A DNA stretch of 64,000 nucleotides from a virus (Duplodnaviria; Caudoviricetes). The notes under the pieces are model-generated. The model was not told where the DNA came from. It worked only from the letters and a program-made list of their open reading frames with translations, and ran no database searches. Each line of letters begins with the position of its first letter. Position 1 is the stretch's first letter. The stretch lies in the IMG/VR virus record IMGVR_UViG_3300020598_000119, one strand, 5' to 3'. This document shows positions 29,210-37,705 of this stretch, piece after piece. The position numbers and the translations under genes were made by a program.

Positions 29210-31347
29210 GATGAGGATATCTCCTGAATGTCTTTGTCACCGCGAAGATATGGCTCAACTGCCGCGCCGAACACGCGAACCAATTCATATTCGTCCGTGA
29301 CACCTGCACGCATTTTTTTTACGGCATCCTCAACCATAGTCGGCCATGTGCGTTTTACGTTCTGCTCAGTCGCATTAATGATGTTGTCGACCTCGGTTGG
29401 GTCTTCAAAATACTCGCATTCAGAAACCACTGTGCGGCCAGTATACTTGGTACCATGACATTTTAGGCACTTACCTCCTTCATGACCCTCACCTGTTCCA
29501 CGGCACTCCGTGCAAACCGTACGGACCAGTGTTTGGACAAGAACCGAGCGGAGCAGGTAACGCAACTCGCGAGGCGGGACACCAAGGTCTCGAAGGCGGC
29601 TGACGGCACCGACAATCGAACCAGTATGCAATGTAGCGAGAACCAGGTGGCCCGTGTCGGCAGCCTTGACCATATTACGTGCGGTCTCTTCGTCGCGCAC
29701 TTCACCAAGGACGATGACGTCAGGGTCAGATCGCATGAAAGCGCGGATAGCCTGAGCAAAAGTAAGGCCCACGGCTGGGTTGACCGACACCTGCGTGACG
29801 TATGGGATGCGATACTCAACGGGGTCTTCAACGGTATAGATCGACTTCTCGAAACGATTAATTTCTTTGATCGACGAGTTGAGCGTCGTGGTCTTACCTG
29901 AACCGGTCGGACCACAGATAAGGCATAGACCATGCTGCTGGTTAAATCCCTTTCTCCACTTGGCGACATCGGTAATACCGAGCTTTCCAAGACTTGGCTG
30001 GACGCGATCAGGGTCAAGAACGCGCAGTACAACCTTTTCACCATCGGCAATTGGGTTAGTAGCCACACGAAAATCAATGCCCTTACCCGCATACTCGATA
30101 TTAAAACCGCCATCCTGAGCCTTGCGCTTTTCGGCCAAGTCCATCGAGGCCTTGTCCTTAACCTGGGCAAGCATGGTGTTATATTCATCGAGCGGACCTT
30201 CATGAACGATGCGTAGGACGCCCAAGATACGAAACATGATCGAATAGGACTTGCGGCGCGGCATGATGTGAATATCTGACGCAGCTTCCCCGAGTGCTCG
30301 ATAGAGAATTCTATTGAGCATGTTTTCTTTTGTGCTCGAAGTGTCGACGACATTGGTCGTCTTCTGCATTTGAGAAATAAAGCCAGCGAGACGCGACGGG
30401 TCGTAGGAAACAAATTTTACGTCAATTAAACCGTAATATTCACGGATAATTTCAAGCACACGCGCTTCGTCAGTCGCCGTGGACACATAAAGAGTGTCCT
30501 CCGTCTCAGCCGAAATAATGATCTGCATGTCCTCAAGGACTTCGACCGGAATTTTCGAACGGGTGACGTTTTCCTGTGCAATGCGCTCAGACGAAGTCGC
30601 TAGAATTGCCTTTACCCGATCAGAATCCGAAAGAAGGCCGTTGCTGACCAAGATTTGACCAATTCGATCACCAGTGACCGCCTGCTCCCGAGAGGCCGCG
30701 TCCAGATGCGTGCTCGTCACCAGCCCTTTTTCGACGAGATACTGACCAAAACGATGCTGCCCCATCTCCGAGCCATCGGGACGGAAAAGCTTCTTTGAAA
30801 CTGGGACTGGATCTACCGGAAACCCTGCTTCCTCTTTCTCATCAATGATCGGTAATGCAGGTTCGTGTGAAGCGTCTTCCTCTGAAGAAGAAGAAAAAGA
30901 GAGGTCGGCCTTCGGCTCCCGCTCTTCATCCAATCTCTCTCCCTGATCATTGTCGACCAAAATTGCATCGAAATCAGCAGAAGAAGTTCCCGCAAGAATA
31001 GGGGCGGGGGCAGGCAGCGCCAGCATGCTCCCCTGACTCGCGTAATCACCCTCACGCTGGTCTAGATCACCATGAATTATTATTTCGCCAGCAAGAGCAT
31101 CGCGAGGCTCATCAAACGCGGGTCCGTCCCAGATTTCACGAAGTCGGTCGTCGGCCGCTTTTCTAAACTGGCTCAGATCAATGGGGTCGAGGGTGAGAAT
31201 TTCGCCATCGACTGCTTCGGTATCTTCTGAGGCGTCGAGTTCAAGCAGGTCAGTGCTATCGATCACAACCGCCTTGTCGCGGCGAAAGACCGATCCAACC
31301 TTTTTTAAGAACTTCGACGCCAGGTCCGATTTCATAAATAAACTCAA
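29206..31347 (-). CDS. Pilus assembly ATPase (GspE/PilB family) with MshEN domain
   Basis: ASDIHI, GPTGSGKTTT, TVEDPVEY, RSDPDVIVLGEVRD, TGHLVLATLH, Zn motif CTEC...CLKC. Confidence 0.95.
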   Translation of the reverse strand: MSLFMKSDLASKFLKKVGSVFRRDKAVVIDSTDLLELDASEDTEAVDGEILTLDPIDLSQFRKAADDRLREIWDGPAFDEPRDALAGEIIIHGDLDQREGDYASQGSMLALPAPAPILAGTSSADFDAILVDNDQGERLDEEREPKADLSFSSSSEEDASHEPALPIIDEKEEAGFPVDPVPVSKKLFRPDGSEMGQHRFGQYLVEKGLVTSTHLDAASREQAVTGDRIGQILVSNGLLSDSDRVKAILATSSERIAQENVTRSKIPVEVLEDMQIIISAETEDTLYVSTATDEARVLEIIREYYGLIDVKFVSYDPSRLAGFISQMQKTTNVVDTSSTKENMLNRILYRALGEAASDIHIMPRRKSYSIMFRILGVLRIVHEGPLDEYNTMLAQVKDKASMDLAEKRKAQDGGFNIEYAGKGIDFRVATNPIADGEKVVLRVLDPDRVQPSLGKLGITDVAKWRKGFNQQHGLCLICGPTGSGKTTTLNSSIKEINRFEKSIYTVEDPVEYRIPYVTQVSVNPAVGLTFAQAIRAFMRSDPDVIVLGEVRDEETARNMVKAADTGHLVLATLHTGSIVGAVSRLRDLGVPPRELRYLLRSVLVQTLVRTVCTECRGTGEGHEGGKCLKCHGTKYTGRTVVSECEYFEDPTEVDNIINATEQNVKRTWPTMVEDAVKKMRAGVTDEYELVRVFGAAVEPYLRGDKDIQEISSS

Positions 31348-31357
31348 TCTGTCAGAA

Positions 31358-31540
31358 TTACTTCTTTGCCCGCTTTACGAAAGCCGACATACGCGAGGCT
31401 GGGCGGTACCAAGCTGCCCAGAGGCCAGCGACACCAATTGCGCCAATAATCCATGAATGCGAATAAATGCCGTATCCAAGGACGCCAAGCGCAAGCACCC
31501 AGTCCAGAATACGAACGTTCTTCGAATTTAGATCGACCAT
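31358..31540 (-). CDS. Small two-TM membrane protein (paralog A)
   Basis: AAAGGA RBS; DW...YGI...AWYRPASR. Confidence 0.75.
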   Translation of the reverse strand: MVDLNSKNVRILDWVLALGVLGYGIYSHSWIIGAIGVAGLWAAWYRPASRMSAFVKRAKK

Positions 31541-31553
31541 GATTATTTTCCTT

Positions 31554-31769
31554 TCATCGTTTCTGAACGAACCTCTTGAGCCAGCGCTGATAACGACTGA
31601 CGGGACGATACCAAGCCATTGCACAGCCCAAAATGCCGACAATGGAAATAAGCGTATTTTCCGCCCAAATTCCATATAGCAAGGTTGCAACAGCCGATAT
31701 CCAATCAAAGGCCTTTAGATATGGATTGTCAAAATCAAAATTCCAAATCCATGCGAAAAAAGAGTGCAT
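31554..31769 (-). CDS. Small two-TM membrane protein (paralog B)
   Basis: DW...YGI...AWYRPVSR; start overlaps the upstream stop. Confidence 0.75.
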   Translation of the reverse strand: MHSFFAWIWNFDFDNPYLKAFDWISAVATLLYGIWAENTLISIVGILGCAMAWYRPVSRYQRWLKRFVQKR

Positions 31770-32137
31770 TACTTTCCCTTCACGAATCTAAGTCTGAGCG
31801 CGATCTCGCCATCCGTTGCTCCTGGGCATTTATCTCCCAAGCAGACATCAGCCAGCGTCTTGTTTGGGCACATCAAAGCAGCCACTGTCGCGTCAGTTAA
31901 AGCCTTGCGAGGCTCAATAATCTTACCGATTGTAACAGTCACATCGCCATTAACTGGCGTTACCTTTGCATTCGGAAGCGTATTTAGCAGCTTGAGGCAC
32001 TGTCTTTCTGTGGCCGCGATCTGCCGTTCTGCACGAAGTTGTGCGTCCGTTGCGTCCCTAATAATTAAGGTTCCACCGCCAAAAAATGCAAACGAAGAGA
32101 AAATTAGGCCGACACCTATAGCGGTTCGAAATTTCAC
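31769..32137 (-). CDS. Pilus accessory bitopic protein
   Basis: N-terminal TM; four Cys; translationally coupled within the operon. Confidence 0.7.
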   Translation of the reverse strand: MKFRTAIGVGLIFSSFAFFGGGTLIIRDATDAQLRAERQIAATERQCLKLLNTLPNAKVTPVNGDVTVTIGKIIEPRKALTDATVAALMCPNKTLADVCLGDKCPGATDGEIALRLRFVKGK

Positions 32138-33096
32138 TTTTTCTCTCCTTCCGTTTCAGCGGCAGGAGTAATCTGATCAGCTCCACCATTTTGCCCTACA
32201 TCGTTTGCGTTCTGAGCAGCATTCTTCTTAGCAATCTCTTCCTTGAGGGCTTCGATGCTACCTGCAACCGGAGGAACTTTTGTCTGATCATTAGCCGCTC
32301 CTTCAGGCTGCGGACCAGCTGGTGGCGGAACTGGGTCGGCATCAAGGTTCGAAAAACGATCTGGCTCAGCCACAGGCATCGGCTCGATATTTTCTTTCAC
32401 TTTATCGAGCAGGCTTTGCGTTTTGTCCTTCAATTCCTGCAAACCTGGAACATCATGGGCACGCATCACTGCGTTCCAATCATTGTCCTTAAATTCCAGC
32501 TTGGACACGATCTCAGTCACCTTGGTGTTGGCTACCCGATTCCATTGTGCATGCGGCATCTCCGCAAAGTTTGCGGCTGGAACCGAAGGTCCTGGGTTTG
32601 CGACGAGAGCATAAAATGTCAGCGCAGAAATGAAATAAAGCGCACCCGCACCACTCATTGCCATGCCCACGGCCATCGTTGCCGTGCCCTTGCGCTGCGC
32701 AGGGTACATCTTCGACTTCGGAAGAAGGGGAGGAACACCAGAGGCAAAGACTTCTTGGCTCTCGCGTTGAGATAGCAAAATGCCAATCGGCTTGCCGTCG
32801 CGCATCATTACCCGGAATGCACGGTCGCCTGTCGGGAACCAATACTGCTTTGAAGGGTCTTCGGTCAGCGCCTCTATGACGGACTCAATATACCCCTTGC
32901 CTTGACCACCTTCCTGAGCTTCCCAGAAATAGCCGCCAAGGAATGGAGCAACTGCATACCAGCTGGCACCAGACGCGGTAAAGCGCTTGGCAATGTAGCC
33001 CTTGGCAATATCAGCCGCGTCCTTCTTGGTTCCAACGCCCTCGTTCCAGCCAACAACGGCATTGAGCGGCACCCAGTTGTCTCGATTAGCTGCCAT
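32134..33096 (-). CDS. Pilus alignment/accessory protein (PilO-like position)
   Basis: Single central TM; directly follows the secretin gene. Confidence 0.6.
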   Translation of the reverse strand: MAANRDNWVPLNAVVGWNEGVGTKKDAADIAKGYIAKRFTASGASWYAVAPFLGGYFWEAQEGGQGKGYIESVIEALTEDPSKQYWFPTGDRAFRVMMRDGKPIGILLSQRESQEVFASGVPPLLPKSKMYPAQRKGTATMAVGMAMSGAGALYFISALTFYALVANPGPSVPAANFAEMPHAQWNRVANTKVTEIVSKLEFKDNDWNAVMRAHDVPGLQELKDKTQSLLDKVKENIEPMPVAEPDRFSNLDADPVPPPAGPQPEGAANDQTKVPPVAGSIEALKEEIAKKNAAQNANDVGQNGGADQITPAAETEGEKK

Positions 33097-33097
33097 G

Positions 33098-34699
33098 TCA
33101 CCGCTCCGCTTCGTATACCGTCAAAGTTGGACGGAGGATGATGAAGAGAGCGTTGCGCGTGACATTCCGACTACGAGCACCAGCGGTCTTATCCGAGCGA
33201 CCTGTATCCTGCAGGCGCTTGCGCAAGAAGGCAGGCTCATTGCCCTTGCTTTCATCGCTGTCATACTGGAGACCACCGATAACCACCGTGCGGCCAGCCT
33301 GAACACGAACGATGTCGTTCATATTCTGTTTCTGGACCAGAGGCTGCGTCAGCGTGCCGATCTGATTGCCAGCCTTCAGCTCTACGAACTCAAGGATCGC
33401 GTCGAGCTTGACGTCGACATCGACCGTGACGACTTCTGCATCAGAGTCGTAGTGCGGCTTCATCTCGATAGTGAGTCCAGTCTCCACCTTTTCAGTCTCG
33501 GTCGAGCCAATGGAATTATCGCCATTGTTTGTGTTGGAAACGCCCTTCACATACGGGACTTCCTGACCGGACTGAAGTTTCACCACAGAGCCAGAGAGCG
33601 TCTTCAGTGAGACGTTCTGGGTAATGTTGGTCGTTCCAAAATTCGAAAGGAAGTTCACTGCACCTGCGACCGTCACCGCTCCATATGTGCCGAACACCTG
33701 ACCAAGATTGGTCTTAGACAACGTAAGGCCAGCGTTTGTCAGGTCGATTGCATGACCTACGAGGTCGCCAGGTTCACCGCGTGTCTCACTACTGCCACTG
33801 CCGTTGTCGTTACCGTTACCGTTATTGTTGCCGCTCGAACCAGTACTGGTATCCCTACTACGCGTCAGATCGTCGATGCCCTTAGGAGTGCTATTGAGGG
33901 CGATTTGAAACTTGTTCCAGTCAAAGCCAGTATCGGACTTATCGTTCAATGCAAGGCTAACAACCGCAACCTGAAGGTTGACGACAGCAAGGTTGCGAGC
34001 CATTCGATTAAGGAACGGACCAATGACTTGGTCCTGTGTCGTCGGCGACGCCGTGTAGATGATCTTACCGCCTCGAAGTGAAACGACGATATTGTCCGCG
34101 CCAAGGTTCTTGATCTCATCCTTAACGGAATCAAGTATGTCCTTATTCTGCGGCAGCGTGATCGCATATCGCTCCTGATTTGAAATGTAGATCAGGCCAT
34201 TTTCATACCAAGTCACGATCCCAAGCCCCGTTCGAAGGGCCGACATCATTTCGCCAATCGTGCCCTGGAATGCGAGAAAGGGAAGTTTGCGCTTCAGAAT
34301 ATCCTCACCCTGAGACGGATTACTCCACTGGAACGCCACTTGAACATTCACAGCGCTCAGTGTCTGTACGAGCGAAGAAAGCGTCGCTTCATTATCGGCA
34401 GGGAATTTCACATCAATAGGCATCGAGGCGATATGCGACGGAAGCGGAGCACCTACCGAGACAGCCTTCATCGACGACTTCGGCACCTTGATCCGCTCGA
34501 TGGCGAGAGGAGTGTCGTCAACGAACTGTTGAGCGATTTTCCCTTGCTCTGCCTTTGTCGAGGGAAGCGTGTTTGGCTTCGGCAGCGAAGACGTGCAGCC
34601 AGCCAGGACAGCGCTAATTAGAGCAATGCTTGATGCCGTCGCCGCTTTCCGCCACTTGGAAGAGTGTGTTGTTGCTGTCACGATAAAGCGCCTTTCCAT
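33098..34699 (-). CDS. Lipoprotein secretin (PilN/BfpB-like)
   Basis: Lipobox LAGC; GFDW; GQEVPYV; VETGLTIEMKP; GRTVVIGGL; LFIILRP. Confidence 0.9.
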   Translation of the reverse strand: MERRFIVTATTHSSKWRKAATASSIALISAVLAGCTSSLPKPNTLPSTKAEQGKIAQQFVDDTPLAIERIKVPKSSMKAVSVGAPLPSHIASMPIDVKFPADNEATLSSLVQTLSAVNVQVAFQWSNPSQGEDILKRKLPFLAFQGTIGEMMSALRTGLGIVTWYENGLIYISNQERYAITLPQNKDILDSVKDEIKNLGADNIVVSLRGGKIIYTASPTTQDQVIGPFLNRMARNLAVVNLQVAVVSLALNDKSDTGFDWNKFQIALNSTPKGIDDLTRSRDTSTGSSGNNNGNGNDNGSGSSETRGEPGDLVGHAIDLTNAGLTLSKTNLGQVFGTYGAVTVAGAVNFLSNFGTTNITQNVSLKTLSGSVVKLQSGQEVPYVKGVSNTNNGDNSIGSTETEKVETGLTIEMKPHYDSDAEVVTVDVDVKLDAILEFVELKAGNQIGTLTQPLVQKQNMNDIVRVQAGRTVVIGGLQYDSDESKGNEPAFLRKRLQDTGRSDKTAGARSRNVTRNALFIILRPTLTVYEAER

Positions 34700-35123
34700 T
34701 TACGCAAGAAATGAACTTGGAATTTTCTGGGATATTGCTGGCCACCGGCGAACTTTCAGAACCACCGTTTTCGCCACCGGCGGAAGGCGCAGGGACCTGC
34801 TTAGCAATATCTGCTGACACTTCCTTGATCGCCGCATCAATACGTCTGCGCATTTTGATTTCCAGAGACGCCTGCGCAGCAGAGACGTCCTGCATGATTA
34901 GAGATTTCAGCTCAGGTTGCAGTTCCCACACAATATTGCGCATGCGTTCGTCCTGACGAGCCTGTTCTTCGGCCTCGGTCGGAGGCGCGACGAAGGGATT
35001 GCTGCGATCCTGTGCGTTCGCATTGTTAATCCCGACCATCAATGTGACCGCAGAGATAATTCCCAGCAATTTTCTAGTTAGCATCGGCATCCTGCTCGTT
35101 TTCATATCCATAGATGAGGACAT
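34614..35123 (-). CDS. Exported pilus accessory protein (PilP-like)
   Basis: Signal peptide, RSNPFVAP motif, FISCVNGKALY; first gene of the pilus operon. Confidence 0.6.
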   Translation of the reverse strand: MSSSMDMKTSRMPMLTRKLLGIISAVTLMVGINNANAQDRSNPFVAPPTEAEEQARQDERMRNIVWELQPELKSLIMQDVSAAQASLEIKMRRRIDAAIKEVSADIAKQVPAPSAGGENGGSESSPVASNIPENSKFISCVNGKALYRDSNNTLFQVAESGDGIKHCSN

Positions 35124-35218
35124 ATTTATCGATCAGTGGTCAAGCACTCTGTGTGGTTTTCTTCTGATCGTGCTAGCGGTTTAATTAAAGGAAAATATTT
35201 AGTCAAGGGAATCGGCGG

Positions 35219-36703
35219 ATGAAGCAGCCGAATAATATAAGATTCGCGGTCAATCAAATTTCGATAATAGCCAATAAATGTCAGGCGTCCATAAGCACGC
35301 GAATCCAAAATCTCAGCGAGAAAATCAAGAATACCAACGAAATCAATCTCCAGCTGAAAAATACGATCACAGAAAGCGCAAAAGGCCCTTCTTGGGCGCG
35401 CATACCCTTGGCCAAAAATATGTGGGAAATAGGTTCCGGGAAAATATGGAACCGCCGCCTGCCGCTTCTTAAAAAGCAATACCTACAAAATGCAAAAGAA
35501 ATGAAGCACCTGAAAAATGTGTTGTCGACCGAAAAGAAGGTGCTCCAGCGCATCCAAGAGATGCTCAAGCGGTTGCAAGATTTGGCAGCGAACAAGGCGT
35601 CCTATGATGAGATGCCACAGGAACTCAGCCAGCAGATGCACGCAATCGTTTCAGACTTGAAGCGCTTTCCGATTGTCACGGAGCACGGTATCGGCCACGC
35701 GATCACGGCTATACAAGGGCTTGCGGATGAAGCAAGGCGACAGCGCCCCATCGTCATGCCTCCCGTGATCAGGAAAGATAAGGCGACTGATCAGCATCTC
35801 CTGCCTTATAAGGCGTCGTATCACGAACCCATCTACCTTCCGATACCGAAGAACCTCGGATTTCATGCCAAGGCGATTGGTGCCCAGTACGATCCTAATA
35901 TCGCCAAAGCAGGGCGCTATTTCGTCCCCGCAAACACCGATCTGAAGCCGTTTGATCGATATCTGCCCCTCGCCTTCAGGCAGGAGCCACCCAAACTTCG
36001 CTTCTACCCACAGGAGCCGGACACCGTAAAAAAGGTGAACCTCAGGACGATCTTTGATGATGTCACGTGGGACTATATTCGCACCACCAACTACGCAAAG
36101 ACCGACAATCGTTGCGTCATCTGCGGCAAACGAAGTGGAGAGTTCCTGGATCGAATGGCTCCAGAGAAGACCCATAATCGAGCTGATAAGGTCGAATGCC
36201 ATGAGGTCTGGGAGTGGTACCGTCCCAAAAAAGATATCTCGATTGGAGTGCAACAATTAAAAGGCCTCTATATCGTATGTTTTAAGTGCCACATGTCGTT
36301 TCACGACGGAATTGCGCGCAGCATGTTGCGAGCCGAAGAAGACGAGCTGCAATTTGCACGAGATCTACACGCACATCGTTCTCACATCACCAGAGTGGAT
36401 CAAGCTACGCTCTACAACGAAATGGTCGATCTGAATAAAAGAACAAAGACGATGAACAAGATCGATTACTGGATCGTGGATTTAAGCCATCTTACCAACC
36501 AGGACTATATGCGACACATCGCACCAATTTTTCTGGAACATAATCGTGCAGGGATTGGCGTAGAGCAGATAGCTGGCTTTGAATTCGCGACTGACACGGG
36601 CGAAAAATTGCCAGCGCGGGGCGTTAAAGAAATATTCTACGAAATGGCACCGCGATACCCCGCGATTTCTGTCGAAAGTTTACTAGCAAAACATCGAATG
36701 TAA
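35219..36703 (+). CDS. Coiled-coil + HNH-like Zn nuclease-domain protein
   Basis: RCVICG...ECHEVW...VCFKCHMSFH. Confidence 0.7.
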   Translation: MKQPNNIRFAVNQISIIANKCQASISTRIQNLSEKIKNTNEINLQLKNTITESAKGPSWARIPLAKNMWEIGSGKIWNRRLPLLKKQYLQNAKEMKHLKNVLSTEKKVLQRIQEMLKRLQDLAANKASYDEMPQELSQQMHAIVSDLKRFPIVTEHGIGHAITAIQGLADEARRQRPIVMPPVIRKDKATDQHLLPYKASYHEPIYLPIPKNLGFHAKAIGAQYDPNIAKAGRYFVPANTDLKPFDRYLPLAFRQEPPKLRFYPQEPDTVKKVNLRTIFDDVTWDYIRTTNYAKTDNRCVICGKRSGEFLDRMAPEKTHNRADKVECHEVWEWYRPKKDISIGVQQLKGLYIVCFKCHMSFHDGIARSMLRAEEDELQFARDLHAHRSHITRVDQATLYNEMVDLNKRTKTMNKIDYWIVDLSHLTNQDYMRHIAPIFLEHNRAGIGVEQIAGFEFATDTGEKLPARGVKEIFYEMAPRYPAISVESLLAKHRM

Positions 36704-36794
36704 AGGCGAATATTTCCTTCGGAGCATACGTTTTCGATTGACCCACACCGCGCCCACACCGACCATAAATATGTAATTAGTGCGGAGAATTATT

Positions 36795-37643
36795 GTGAAT
36801 AAATTATCCCAGCTCATCGAGAATGCCGAGACCTCCATCCACGAGCTGGCTGAACAGCTAGACGTCGACGTGCTTGAGGTCGCCATGGCCAAACGAGGTA
36901 TTGGATTCACGCATTTCGATACTGTCTGCGCCCTCGCCGATGCGCTCGAATGTGACATTGAGGATATCTACCCTACGCTTGCGGGCCACGTAGAAGCCTT
37001 CGACGAGGAAGGCATCTCGCTGGAAGAAATGCGCGCTCGCATGATATCGGAAGATCACTTGCAGGTTCTCGTCGACGCAGGCATCGATCCTGATCCTGAG
37101 CGCTGGTTCGTCATACTGAAACTTAAGTCTGGCAACGAACGGCGCTATCGTATCGCATCAGGCGATCTCCAGGTGCTCACCGAAGAGATAGAAACGGCGG
37201 AGAACTCCGAAGGCTTCTTCGTCTTCACTGCCGACTGTCGCACGATTGTGCTGCGGAAGTCCGCGATGAAGCAGATTCAAATCCGCAATGAGGCAAGCTA
37301 TGCGCGCTTCTCCTCAAACGAGGATGCAAACCACTTGACCATCGTTTCTACGACGTCGCCACGCCCCGAGGCAATCGAGGTCGAACCAGACCTTCCAGGG
37401 GCAGGACCCGAGTCATGTCCGATCACGATGTTGATCCAGAAAGCCATGAACAACGAGCCTATCGGTCCATACTTCAAGATGGAGGATGAAGGCGATGACC
37501 GTTACATCAACCTCGATGAAATGGAACTTCTGGAAATTCCGTTGGGACTGGTGATGCCGCACCTCTATGAATATGAGGTCGAAGAGGCGTTTTCCGATGG
37601 AAATATTCCTTTGGAGGACATGATTCCAGCAGGCAACGCATAA
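36795..37643 (+). CDS. XRE/Cro-like HTH protein with acidic C-terminal domain
   Basis: SIHELAEQLDVD...LADALECDIEDIY. Confidence 0.75.
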   Translation: MNKLSQLIENAETSIHELAEQLDVDVLEVAMAKRGIGFTHFDTVCALADALECDIEDIYPTLAGHVEAFDEEGISLEEMRARMISEDHLQVLVDAGIDPDPERWFVILKLKSGNERRYRIASGDLQVLTEEIETAENSEGFFVFTADCRTIVLRKSAMKQIQIRNEASYARFSSNEDANHLTIVSTTSPRPEAIEVEPDLPGAGPESCPITMLIQKAMNNEPIGPYFKMEDEGDDRYINLDEMELLEIPLGLVMPHLYEYEVEEAFSDGNIPLEDMIPAGNA

Positions 37644-37657
37644 TTCCTTTAATTATT

Positions 37658-37691
37658 CCTTATTTCCCTGTTGCCAGAAATTGAAATAAGG
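37658..37691. promoter_or_regulatory. Inverted-repeat operator upstream of the methylase
   Basis: CCTTATTTC-N16-GAAATAAGG overlapping a TTGCCA hexamer and the RBS. Confidence 0.55.
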
Positions 37692-37705
37692 GGAAGCATT
37701 TATGT

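Noticed and set aside
37649-37663. Second CtrA box (TTAA-N7-TTAT) before the methylase
   Set aside because: One mismatch in AT-rich DNA; better explained by the overlapping inverted repeat
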